DNA of 64,000 nt from a bacterium (lineage in GTDB: Bacteria; Patescibacteriota; Saccharimonadia; Saccharimonadales; DATKHC01): NCBI GenBank assembly GCA_021781215.1, contig JAJXXC010000002.1, positions 16,274-80,273 on the forward strand, read 5' to 3'. The notes under the pieces were generated by a model that did not search any database, was not told the origin of the DNA, and saw only the letters and a list, made by a program, of their open reading frames with translations. The translations under genes were made by a program, and so were the position numbers. This document shows positions 14,789 through 22,728 of the stretch, piece after piece. Every line of letters starts with the position of its first letter. Position 1 is the first letter of the stretch.

Positions 14789-15139
14789 ATGAGAGTAAAG
14801 AGAGGCGTTGCAGCCCATAAAAAACACCAAAAGATAAGATCATTAACAAAAGGAATGACTCGATCTAATAGATCGAGTATAAAAAGAGGTCGACAGGCGA
14901 CAATTAAAGCCCTGCAGTTCTCGTACAGGGATCGTAGGAATAAAAAAAGAGAACTTAGATCTCTATGGAACACGAGAATAAATGCGGCTGCCAGAATTAA
15001 CGGTATAAGTTATAGCCAACTAATTTCAAAATTAAAATTATCTAACATAATCTTGGATAGAAAAATCTTAAGTGAATTAGCTACCAATTATCCAGATAGC
15101 TTTAAAACAATAGTTGAAACAGCTACAAAGAAAAAATAA
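14789..15139 (+). CDS. rplT: 50S ribosomal protein L20
   Basis: MRVKRGVAAHKKHQKI...RDRRNKKRELRSLW. Confidence 0.9.
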   Translation: MRVKRGVAAHKKHQKIRSLTKGMTRSNRSSIKRGRQATIKALQFSYRDRRNKKRELRSLWNTRINAAARINGISYSQLISKLKLSNIILDRKILSELATNYPDSFKTIVETATKKK

Positions 15140-15142
15140 CTA

Positions 15143-15181
15143 AAAAAGACTAGTGATTATCAAATCATCCTAGTCTTTTTT
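15143..15181. terminator. Bidirectional intrinsic terminator shared by rplT (+) and rnpB (-)
   Basis: AAAAAGACTAG-(16 nt loop)-CTAGTCTTTTTT: an 11-bp stem flanked by an A-tract upstream and a T-tract downstream. Confidence 0.6.
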
Positions 15182-15186
15182 AAATT

Positions 15187-15531
15187 GAGTCAGATTATCT
15201 ATAAGCCGGGTTCTGTTTTACTAATCATCTATCTAGCTCTATGGTCGCCCATAGAATCAAGCGGATAATCGATATTACTAGCGAGAACTAGTCGTAAACG
15301 ACGTGTAATATCTCCTTGCAGCGATTAGGGTTTACCACTACCAGAAGTCACCTACTGGCATTGTGGGCTCTTACCCCACTCTTTTCACCCTTACCATTGA
15401 ATGGCGGTATTGTTTCTGTGACACTTTCCCTGAGATCACTCTCGGTTGCTGTTAGCAACTAATCTTCTCTTTGCTGCCCGGACTTTCCTCTTACCAATTG
15501 AATGATAAGCGATTAGCCAATAATCTGACCA
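15187..15531 (-). ncRNA. rnpB: RNase P RNA (bacterial type A-like, ~345 nt)
   Basis: The minus-strand transcript contains GAGGAAAGTCCGGGCAGC (P4), CACAGAAACAATACCGCC, GGTAAGGGTGAAAAGAGTGGGGTAAGAGCCCAC (compare E. coli GGUAAGGGUGAAAGGGUGCGGUAAGAGCGCACC) and GCAAGG. The 3' block ACAGAACCCGGCTTATAGATAATCTGAC pairs with the 5' GGTCAGATTAT (P1). Not in the ORF track. Confidence 0.8.
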
Positions 15532-15549
15532 CGCCTAATAATAGCATTT

Positions 15550-16290
15550 TTACCTATTTTTTTGGAGGTCAAGACACTTATTAACTTCCAAGTCTGCTAA
15601 TTTATTTAATTCTCTGGGTACGTGAGTAAAAGTAGTTCTATGGAAAGAATTCAATAATACAGTTATTTCCTTATGTATAGGTATTAAATCTGGGTTTTTA
15701 ATTTTATAAATTGCTTTCATTTGATTAATTACCAGCAAACTATCCATATAAACAGAAACTATTTTAGATTCAAGCTGGACTGCATCTTTAAGCGCAAATA
15801 ATAATGCCTTATACTCAGCTTGGTTATTAGTAGTTATGCCGAGATAAATACCGTTTTGTTTAATGATTTGGTCATCTTTAGTTAAAAGCACATATCCTGA
15901 GGCAGATGGCCCAGGATTGCCTCTAGATCCCCCGTCCGCATATATTTTGATTTCTTCAACATTAAGATCTGAATTGGTTGCTAACTTACGCGGCTCGCAA
16001 TACGATTTAAAATTAAAGTACAAAATTTTAATAATATTCGAATTTTCTTCACCCCTAGTCGCAATATTGAAATGTTTAGGCGGATCGTCTTTGCTGTTAT
16101 CAAATTCTGATGAATTCTGAATAACCATCTTTGTTACGGTTGCAACGCCAAAAACTACATTGGAATTATTAAAAAACTCTAGTTCATCATTAACCGTAAT
16201 CTGATCTTCGTCATTAGTAATTCCGATATGATCCAACCGATGCGCTATGATTTCATCTATGGTGTTATCATTTAGTTTTATAAACTTCAT
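15550..16290 (-). CDS. RNase H (RNase HI fold) fused to an uncharacterised ~115-aa N-terminal domain
   Basis: The C-terminal half has IYADGGSRGNPGPSASGYVL, NNQAEYKALLFAL and YMDSLLV, the DEDD-type RNase HI motifs. The N-terminal ~115 aa has no recognisable similarity; it is not the canonical hybrid-binding domain. Confidence 0.65.
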   Translation of the reverse strand: MKFIKLNDNTIDEIIAHRLDHIGITNDEDQITVNDELEFFNNSNVVFGVATVTKMVIQNSSEFDNSKDDPPKHFNIATRGEENSNIIKILYFNFKSYCEPRKLATNSDLNVEEIKIYADGGSRGNPGPSASGYVLLTKDDQIIKQNGIYLGITTNNQAEYKALLFALKDAVQLESKIVSVYMDSLLVINQMKAIYKIKNPDLIPIHKEITVLLNSFHRTTFTHVPRELNKLADLEVNKCLDLQKNR

Positions 16291-16354
16291 TGTTTTCTAT
16301 TTTATCCTTGTTTCTTTTAGTTTATGCTATTTAAATGGTATTGGCTATTTAAAT

Positions 16355-16431
<77 letters not shown>

Positions 16432-16633
16432 TAATTATAGATTTTTTCTGAAGTAAGAGCCGACTGCAAGCATATTAAAATTGGTTGACCAACCCCTTTT
16501 TTAACCTGCATAAATCCAGGTGGATATCCTCACATAATAACCAAAATTATTATAAATATCGGATTACCTTAAATAAAAAATATTCAGATAAACGGCCGAT
16601 TGATCAACCTTAACTATTATACATCCTATTAAA

Positions 16634-17248
16634 CTAGCTCACCAGGAAATTCATTATATGCATATAACAATAGTCAATTGGGCCATATATGAAATTAAAA
16701 ACAAGGATAAAAATTGCGAGAATTGTTAGATATCCAAAAGATTCAATCTTCATCATGGTATTTTGTAACCCTTCGGGTGCAAAAGCATATAGTAACCTAG
16801 ATCCGTCCAGCGGCGGTATCGGAATCATATTAAATATGAAAAATATAACGTTAATTTCTATGAATATGAAAAGAAACTTCAATGCGTAAATCGGAAAATT
16901 AAAAATATGCAATAGTATTGCGGCAATGACTGCAAGTACTAAATTAGTTATAGGACCAGAAACAGCCACCATGGCCGCACCATATTCATTAAATTTCACT
17001 TTCAAGGGATCAAACGGCACCGGCCTTGCTATCAATACTGGGAATTTAAACAATAGGATGGTTATTATTGGCAAAATAACTGTCGTATATAAATCGACAT
17101 GTCTCAGTGGGTTCAGGGTTAGTCTGCCTGCCTGCTGGGCAGTATCATCACCCAGCGCGTGAGCGACAAAAGCATGAGTTGCTTCGTGTAAAACTAGTGA
17201 TATAAATATTGCCGGTATAGCGTATACTAGGTCTGACGATGTAAACAT
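16634..17248 (-). CDS. Peptidase M50 (site-2 protease family) integral membrane zinc metalloprotease
   Basis: 204 aa, multi-TM. The HExxH motif LVLHEATHAFVAHALG is embedded in the first TM helix, as in S2P/SpoIVFB. Confidence 0.7.
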   Translation of the reverse strand: MFTSSDLVYAIPAIFISLVLHEATHAFVAHALGDDTAQQAGRLTLNPLRHVDLYTTVILPIITILLFKFPVLIARPVPFDPLKVKFNEYGAAMVAVSGPITNLVLAVIAAILLHIFNFPIYALKFLFIFIEINVIFFIFNMIPIPPLDGSRLLYAFAPEGLQNTMMKIESFGYLTILAIFILVFNFIYGPIDYCYMHIMNFLVS

Positions 17249-17323
17249 AGTTATAATTATACCAGTCAGCTCTTGACTTTAAGCAAAAAAATAATTAGAC
17301 TACTACTTTAAAGGAAAAATATT

Positions 17324-17515
17324 ATGCAAATTTGTGATATCACCGGTAAGGGCAAACAATACGGGAATAATGTAAGTTTTTCTCAACGTCATACAAAAAA
17401 GGTCTGGAAACCTAATCTACAGACTAAGACTATACTAATTGATGGTAAAAAAACTAAGTTAAGAATTAGCACTCAAGGTATTAGAACGCTAAAAAAACAA
17501 GGTATCATAACCTAA
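17324..17515 (+). CDS. rpmB: 50S ribosomal protein L28
   Basis: MQICDITGKGKQYGNNVSFSQRHTKKVWKPNLQ... Confidence 0.85.
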   Translation: MQICDITGKGKQYGNNVSFSQRHTKKVWKPNLQTKTILIDGKKTKLRISTQGIRTLKKQGIIT

Positions 17516-17520
17516 TAGAT

Positions 17521-18153
17521 TTAGGCTCTTTTTAGAACTACGAGTTTCGTCGCCTGGCCTTCAATAAAATCTGATGACTTAAGTTTAAACTTGTTACTGG
17601 CTTCTATGATTTCTAGTCCCAAAACTTTAGACACTTGTTCTATATTGTCTTGCGTGGCTGAATAAATACTTAAACCGTCTTCATAGTGCACCGGTATTAC
17701 GACAAATGGGTCAATTTTTTTAATTATTTTAAGTGCTTGTGTAGCGTCCAGGGTGACTCCGTTACCCCCCACAGGAATTACGAGTGCGTCCACATGACCC
17801 AAGTCTTCTATTTGAGAATCTGTAAGTTCTGGCGAGACATCTCCTATTACAGCCAGGCTAGCATCGTCACTGATTAGTTTAAAAATGGTGCTACTAAGTT
17901 TTTTAGATGAATCTTCTTTATAGGGGAATGTTGGTATGCCTACAATTAAAACGTCTGCTACTTCATACTCTCCCGCACTTGAAATAAAAAGCCTTGCTTT
18001 CTTATTAAGTTTTTTTTCAGTCTTGTTGGAGAATATTACGATTTCATCATCCTTTAAATTTGATTTAGCATCTGATATTGAATCATTTATAAGTATTGAG
18101 GTTTTTTTTGTAGTTACCCTTACCGTATTAGCTCCTAAAGCTTGAATTTCCAT
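17521..18153 (-). CDS. UPF0173-like MBL-fold protein, apparently lacking the HxHxDH metal motif
   Basis: The N-terminal MEIQALGANTVRVTTKKTSILINDS and C-terminal VDALVIPVGGNGVTLDATQALKIIKKIDPFVVIPVHYED match UPF0173/MBL-fold hydrolases. The expected His-rich motif is replaced by ADVLIVGIPT. Confidence 0.45.
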   Translation of the reverse strand: MEIQALGANTVRVTTKKTSILINDSISDAKSNLKDDEIVIFSNKTEKKLNKKARLFISSAGEYEVADVLIVGIPTFPYKEDSSKKLSSTIFKLISDDASLAVIGDVSPELTDSQIEDLGHVDALVIPVGGNGVTLDATQALKIIKKIDPFVVIPVHYEDGLSIYSATQDNIEQVSKVLGLEIIEASNKFKLKSSDFIEGQATKLVVLKRA

Positions 18154-18176
18154 TTTTATATTCTCCTTTTTTATTA

Positions 18177-18761
18177 TTAATTTAACAAGTTATTCTTATC
18201 TACAATAACCTGTTTTTTGGAACCTATAACTAAATTAACGAACCTGTCATTGACTTGTTTACGATAGTTAAATTCATCTAGCGACATAATCACATACCTT
18301 ATCTCTTTTGCTTCTTGGGTTTCTAAATCTGATATGAATTTCGCCAATTGAGTCGGATTCGTATTGCCAACAATTAGTATGTCAACCCCAGAAGTTTCAT
18401 CTCTAGTAAAGATTCCGGTATATATAGCAAGTTCAATATTCCCTATTGAATGTATGGGGTTGTCTAGTTTTTTATTTTTACCAATAGCAGGCTTGGGGTC
18501 ATTTTTATTAATACCGAATATAAGACTCAGCGGGCTATAGTACTGATATTTTTGATCCACTTCATAATATAATTTATTATTGCTCGTATTAGAGGTAATA
18601 ATACCGATACTTAGCAGATTAGCCAGCTCTCTTCTAACAGAATTGATTTGTTCATCAATTTTTCTTGTTATTTCCCTAACGTAAAATGATCTGTTTACAT
18701 TACCATAAAAAAGCTGCAAAAGCTTTACTCTAGTCTTAGATCCAAACAATTGTTCAACCAT
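18177..18761 (-). CDS. Winged-helix (wHTH) DNA-binding protein with an uncharacterised C-terminal domain
   Basis: N-terminus VKLLQLFYGNVNRSFYVREITRKIDEQINSVRRELANLLSIGII has an ArsR/PadR-like wHTH pattern. Confidence 0.4.
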   Translation of the reverse strand: MVEQLFGSKTRVKLLQLFYGNVNRSFYVREITRKIDEQINSVRRELANLLSIGIITSNTSNNKLYYEVDQKYQYYSPLSLIFGINKNDPKPAIGKNKKLDNPIHSIGNIELAIYTGIFTRDETSGVDILIVGNTNPTQLAKFISDLETQEAKEIRYVIMSLDEFNYRKQVNDRFVNLVIGSKKQVIVDKNNLLN

Positions 18762-18791
18762 AGATACATTGTAGCATAATCTAAGATGTAG

Positions 18792-19661
18792 TTAATTAAA
18801 TTTATTCATAAATGTTGTAACCGAATCAACGAATTGGTATCCGTTGTCGTACCATTGAATACTTTTATTTCGGCCAAACCAAGTTTTCTGTTTCTTTACT
18901 AGTTTTATGGTGTCTTTGTTGATGCGCTCTATTAGTTCCTGTTTATTGATAATGTTATCGAAATAGTCTTTAAACTCTCTGTAGCCAATTCCCTTCATGG
19001 GCTCAATATCCCAACCATATTCAATCACTAGATTTCTTACTTCGTCTTCAAGCCCTAGCTTTATCATTTTTTCAGTTCTATGTTCTATATTTTCCCTGAG
19101 TTTCTCTAGACTAATTTTTATACCCAAAATTAAAATATTATCTTCAAGCGGTTTTGATGTTGGGAAGACACCGTGATTCTCTAAAAATCTTATAACCCTT
19201 CTTTTATTATTGAGATCTATCCTCTCGGTATCGTAGCCTAAATCATCACACATATCCTTTAATTGTTTTAGACTTAGGCTTTCTAGGTATTGTCTTTCTT
19301 CGTTTGATGATGGTGGCAAAAAACTATAATCGTATATCAGGCTATCAATATACAATCCAGTTCCACCAACTATGATTGGTAACTTCCCCCTACTACTAAT
19401 GTTCTCTATCGCCTCTTTTGCTAATTTTTTAAATTCTGCTGCTGAAAATCCCAAAGCTGGATCTGCAACGTCAAGCAGATAGTGTTGTATGCCTCGTCTC
19501 TCGGCTAGCGATGGGGTAGCAGTTCCAATGTTAAAGTTTTTATATACTGCCCATGAATCCGCATTGATAATTTCTCCGCTAAACTTCTCGGCTAGATCTA
19601 TAGCTAAATTAGATTTACCTGATGCAGTTGCACCTACGATAACTATAACTGGTGACTTCAT
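18792..19661 (-). CDS. miaA: tRNA dimethylallyltransferase
   Basis: P-loop VIVIVGATASGKSNLAIDLAEKFSGEIINADSWAVYKNFNIGTATP. Confidence 0.85.
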   Translation of the reverse strand: MKSPVIVIVGATASGKSNLAIDLAEKFSGEIINADSWAVYKNFNIGTATPSLAERRGIQHYLLDVADPALGFSAAEFKKLAKEAIENISSRGKLPIIVGGTGLYIDSLIYDYSFLPPSSNEERQYLESLSLKQLKDMCDDLGYDTERIDLNNKRRVIRFLENHGVFPTSKPLEDNILILGIKISLEKLRENIEHRTEKMIKLGLEDEVRNLVIEYGWDIEPMKGIGYREFKDYFDNIINKQELIERINKDTIKLVKKQKTWFGRNKSIQWYDNGYQFVDSVTTFMNKFN

Positions 19662-19675
19662 AAAAAAATTGCTAC

Positions 19676-21514
19676 CTAAAAAGTTGTTTTTAGGGTCCTG
19701 GTTTTTGATTCCCTAGAAACAGCCTTTAAGAAATCAGTAATTGGTAACTTATTATCGCTTTCATTGATTCTCAAATCTTCCCTTATTCTAGGTATTATAT
19801 CGCCGGATTCAATCTCTTTATCGCCAATTACAACAGTGTAGGGCACCTTATAGACCTCTGCTTCTCTTATCTTCTTACCCACAGATTGACTAGAGTTGTC
19901 TAAAACAATCCTAATACCCATGTCTAATGCCTCGTCCAGTATTTTATTAGCGAATTCTACGGTTTTATCTTCTTGATTAACGGTCAATATTCTTACCTGT
20001 TCTGGTGCGACCCATATAGGGAACTTACCCTTCGTGTGCTCTATATATGCAGCCAAAAATCTTTCAATTGATCCCATAAGCGCAAAGTGGATCATAACTG
20101 GAGTTTTTTCTGCGCCATCCTTATCAACATATTTCAAACCAAATCTCTCTGGTTGTACAAAATCTAATTGAGGTGTAGCTAGCTGTAACTCCCTGCCCAG
20201 TACATCTTTTGCCATAAAATCTATTTTTGGACCATAAAATGCTGCCTCACCTCTAGCAATATAATAATCGACATCTGAGTTCTCTGCTATATTCTTTAAT
20301 ATTCCCTCTGCCCTATCCCAAAGATTCTTATCGCCTAAATAATTGTCCGATTCATCCCTAAAAGACAGTCTTGCCTTAATATCCATACCCATGGTCATAT
20401 AAAACTCTTTTACAACATCGACTAACTGTTTAAGACAATGATCTATCTGATCGGGGGTACAGAATGTGTGGCTATCATCCTGTGTAAGGGATCTAACCCT
20501 GGAAAGACCTAACAATTCTCCAGCTTTCTCATCTCTATAATCAGTCGTAGTCTCCATATACCTAATAGGCAGGTCTCGATAGCTTCTGGGTCTTGATGCA
20601 TAGATTTGCTGATGATGCGGGCAGTTCATAGGCTTCATTACTAAGTCGTCGTGTGATTCTTTGCTGTTAACGGTAAGCCATTCATTACCAAATTTAGCCC
20701 AATGCCCAGAAACTTCATACAATTCTCTCTTTGCTATATGTGGCGTCCATACATTACTATAACCAATCTTTTTTCGCAGTAATTGGGAGTACTCATTCAA
20801 TTCATTTCTTAAAATCGTCCCCCTGGGCGTAAACAAAGGCAGTCCTGAACCAACTAACGGAGAGATCAAAAACAAATCAAGCTCTTGCCCAAGCTTCCTG
20901 TGATCATAGTCTCTAGCTTCTTGCTGCCCTATTAGAAATTTATCGAGTTCTTCTTGGGTGTCAAAAGCAAGCCCATATACTCTCTGCATTTGTGGGTTAG
21001 ATTCTTTTCCTCTCCAATAAGCCCCGGCTACCTTAACTAGTTTAAACGCACCTACCTCACCAGTTGAATCAACATGAGGTCCACGACACAAATCAACAAA
21101 ATCACCATTTTCATAAAAAGACACTTGTTGCGTGCCATCATTTTCAGCTACCGTACTTAGCTCATCTGAGCCTAAGTCTTTTAGCGCCGTTGTTCCGAAC
21201 TTTTTAAGATCATTCAATAGCTCAATTTTGTATGGTTGATCACTGCTTCTTGCCCAATCTAATGCTTCATCGATAGTTTTATAGTGTTTGCTAAATTTCT
21301 GATTGTCCTTAACAATTTTAGCCATTTCATTTTCAATTAATTCAAACTGATCTTCTGATAGCTTATTGTCACCTAAGTCAATGTCGTAAAAGAAGCCATT
21401 TTCTATAACTGGACCAACCCCAAATTTAACCTCAGGCCATAGTTTTTTTATTGCAGCGGCCATTATGTGGGCCAGGCTATGCCTCATTGCTGCTAAATGT
21501 TGATCTTTATCCAT
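19676..21514 (-). CDS. thrS: Threonyl-tRNA synthetase
   Basis: 612 aa. N-terminal second-additional-domain HxxxH (MRHSLAHIMAAA) and class II core (DHRKLGQELDLF). Confidence 0.9.
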   Translation of the reverse strand: MDKDQHLAAMRHSLAHIMAAAIKKLWPEVKFGVGPVIENGFFYDIDLGDNKLSEDQFELIENEMAKIVKDNQKFSKHYKTIDEALDWARSSDQPYKIELLNDLKKFGTTALKDLGSDELSTVAENDGTQQVSFYENGDFVDLCRGPHVDSTGEVGAFKLVKVAGAYWRGKESNPQMQRVYGLAFDTQEELDKFLIGQQEARDYDHRKLGQELDLFLISPLVGSGLPLFTPRGTILRNELNEYSQLLRKKIGYSNVWTPHIAKRELYEVSGHWAKFGNEWLTVNSKESHDDLVMKPMNCPHHQQIYASRPRSYRDLPIRYMETTTDYRDEKAGELLGLSRVRSLTQDDSHTFCTPDQIDHCLKQLVDVVKEFYMTMGMDIKARLSFRDESDNYLGDKNLWDRAEGILKNIAENSDVDYYIARGEAAFYGPKIDFMAKDVLGRELQLATPQLDFVQPERFGLKYVDKDGAEKTPVMIHFALMGSIERFLAAYIEHTKGKFPIWVAPEQVRILTVNQEDKTVEFANKILDEALDMGIRIVLDNSSQSVGKKIREAEVYKVPYTVVIGDKEIESGDIIPRIREDLRINESDNKLPITDFLKAVSRESKTRTLKTTF

Positions 21515-21580
21515 AGAATATAGTTATAAAAAATTAATTCTTTAGTTATTGTACCACGGTGAACTTCTTCAAATTGGCTA

Positions 21581-21627
21581 ATAATAAAAAAAATCGGTTG
21601 AATGTCCTCGTAAATACATTCAACCGA
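21581..21627 (-). terminator. Intrinsic terminator on the minus strand: a 12-bp perfect stem followed by a U9 tract
   Basis: Plus strand: AAAAAAAA-TCGGTTGAATGT-cctcgtaaat-ACATTCAACCGA. On the minus strand the hairpin is followed by UUUUUUUUUAUUAU. It lies ~220 nt downstream of tRNA-Val and ~70 nt upstream of the thrS start, so it is either the tRNA-Val terminator or a thrS leader attenuator. Confidence 0.45.
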
Positions 21628-21844
21628 ATTTGACAGTTTTTCTATTAAATAAACCAACTGTAGAGACTACTATAACAATAGCAGTACTATATGGCTAGTA
21701 GTATTATATTGTTAAATTTACAAAGGTCCTGGGGATACTATGCTAACAAATCTATATTACCATAAAAGATATAGTTTTAATTTTATAAAAAATACTAATT
21801 AAAATAAAAAACTACCTTATATGCGATAAAAGGTAGTTCATGTA

Positions 21845-21921
21845 TGGTGGGCCCTAGAGGATTCGAACCTCTCACCTCTTCCACGTCAAGGAAGCGCTCT
21901 AGCCAAATGAGCTAAGGGCCC
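21845..21921 (-). tRNA. tRNA-Val (anticodon GAC)
   Basis: Reverse complement: GGGCCCTTAGCTCATTTGGCTAGAGCGCTTCCTTGACGTGGAAGAGGTGAGAGGTTCGAATCCTCTAGGGCCCACCA. Confidence 0.85.
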
Positions 21922-22020
21922 AAGCAATTTATACCAGTAAACTATACTCAAAATATTGTAAGACTGCAAACTTATTCCTTAAAACATGCACTATAAATCT
22001 ATGTTTTATATTAGTGCGTG

Positions 22021-22049
22021 TTGACATACTTAATATGTTCTGATAGAAT
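22021..22049 (+). promoter_or_regulatory. Strong sigma70-like promoter (TTGACA-17-TGaTAGAAT, extended -10)
   Basis: gtgTTGACAtacttaatatgttcTGATAGAATtattc. Points toward a 39-codon ORF (22078..22197) and nrdR. Confidence 0.4.
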
Positions 22050-22310
22050 TATTCAGTTAAACGGGAGGCGCTCATTTTTGAGTACCAATACTTCGAGTTC
22101 GCTTGATAAATTTAAGTTATTCTATGAAGAATTATTGACAGCATCTACTCCGGTACGTCGAATTAGACGGACTAGAGTAGTAAATGCAATAAAATAATTC
22201 CATATAATTAACCTCTTTTCATTTAGATATCAGTATAAATAATACACATATACACAGTATTTGTTATTTATACACTGGCTTTTATACTAGGGGCATGTCA
22301 ATATATAGTC

Positions 22311-22718
22311 ATGGAATGCTATATATGTAATCATGACACTAAGGTAATTAATTCGCGGGTGCAATCCAGACTTAAACAAGTGTGGCGTAGACGAGTTTGT
22401 ATAAATTGTGACAATATATTCACAACTATAGAAAAAATCGATCTGGAGCGATCTATGGTAGTCAAAGCCAAGGATGAGACTATTAACCCTTTTATAAGAG
22501 AAAAGTTACTAATAAGTATTAGTAAGAGCCTCGGGCATAGAGTTGATTATGTAAACGATGCCATAGCGCTAACTAATACTATTATTGCAAAACTACAAAC
22601 AGACTATAAAACACCCTTACTGACGAGAAACAATATAATTATCGTATCCGAAAAAGTATTAAAAAATTTTGACAGCGTTGCGACGGTTCACTATAAGGCC
22701 TACCATAAGCTAAACTAG
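22311..22718 (+). CDS. nrdR: Transcriptional repressor NrdR
   Basis: Zn-ribbon CYICNHDTKVINSR...RRRVCINCDNIFTTIEK followed by an ATP-cone-like region (VVKAKDETINPFIREKL). Confidence 0.8.
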   Translation: MECYICNHDTKVINSRVQSRLKQVWRRRVCINCDNIFTTIEKIDLERSMVVKAKDETINPFIREKLLISISKSLGHRVDYVNDAIALTNTIIAKLQTDYKTPLLTRNNIIIVSEKVLKNFDSVATVHYKAYHKLN

Positions 22719-22728
22719 ATATCGCCGA

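Noticed and set aside
21540-21580. T-box riboswitch upstream of thrS
   Set aside because: Only a 7-nt GTGGTAC match exists, and it lies after (not before) the terminator hairpin relative to transcription. No specifier-loop structure could be identified by eye.
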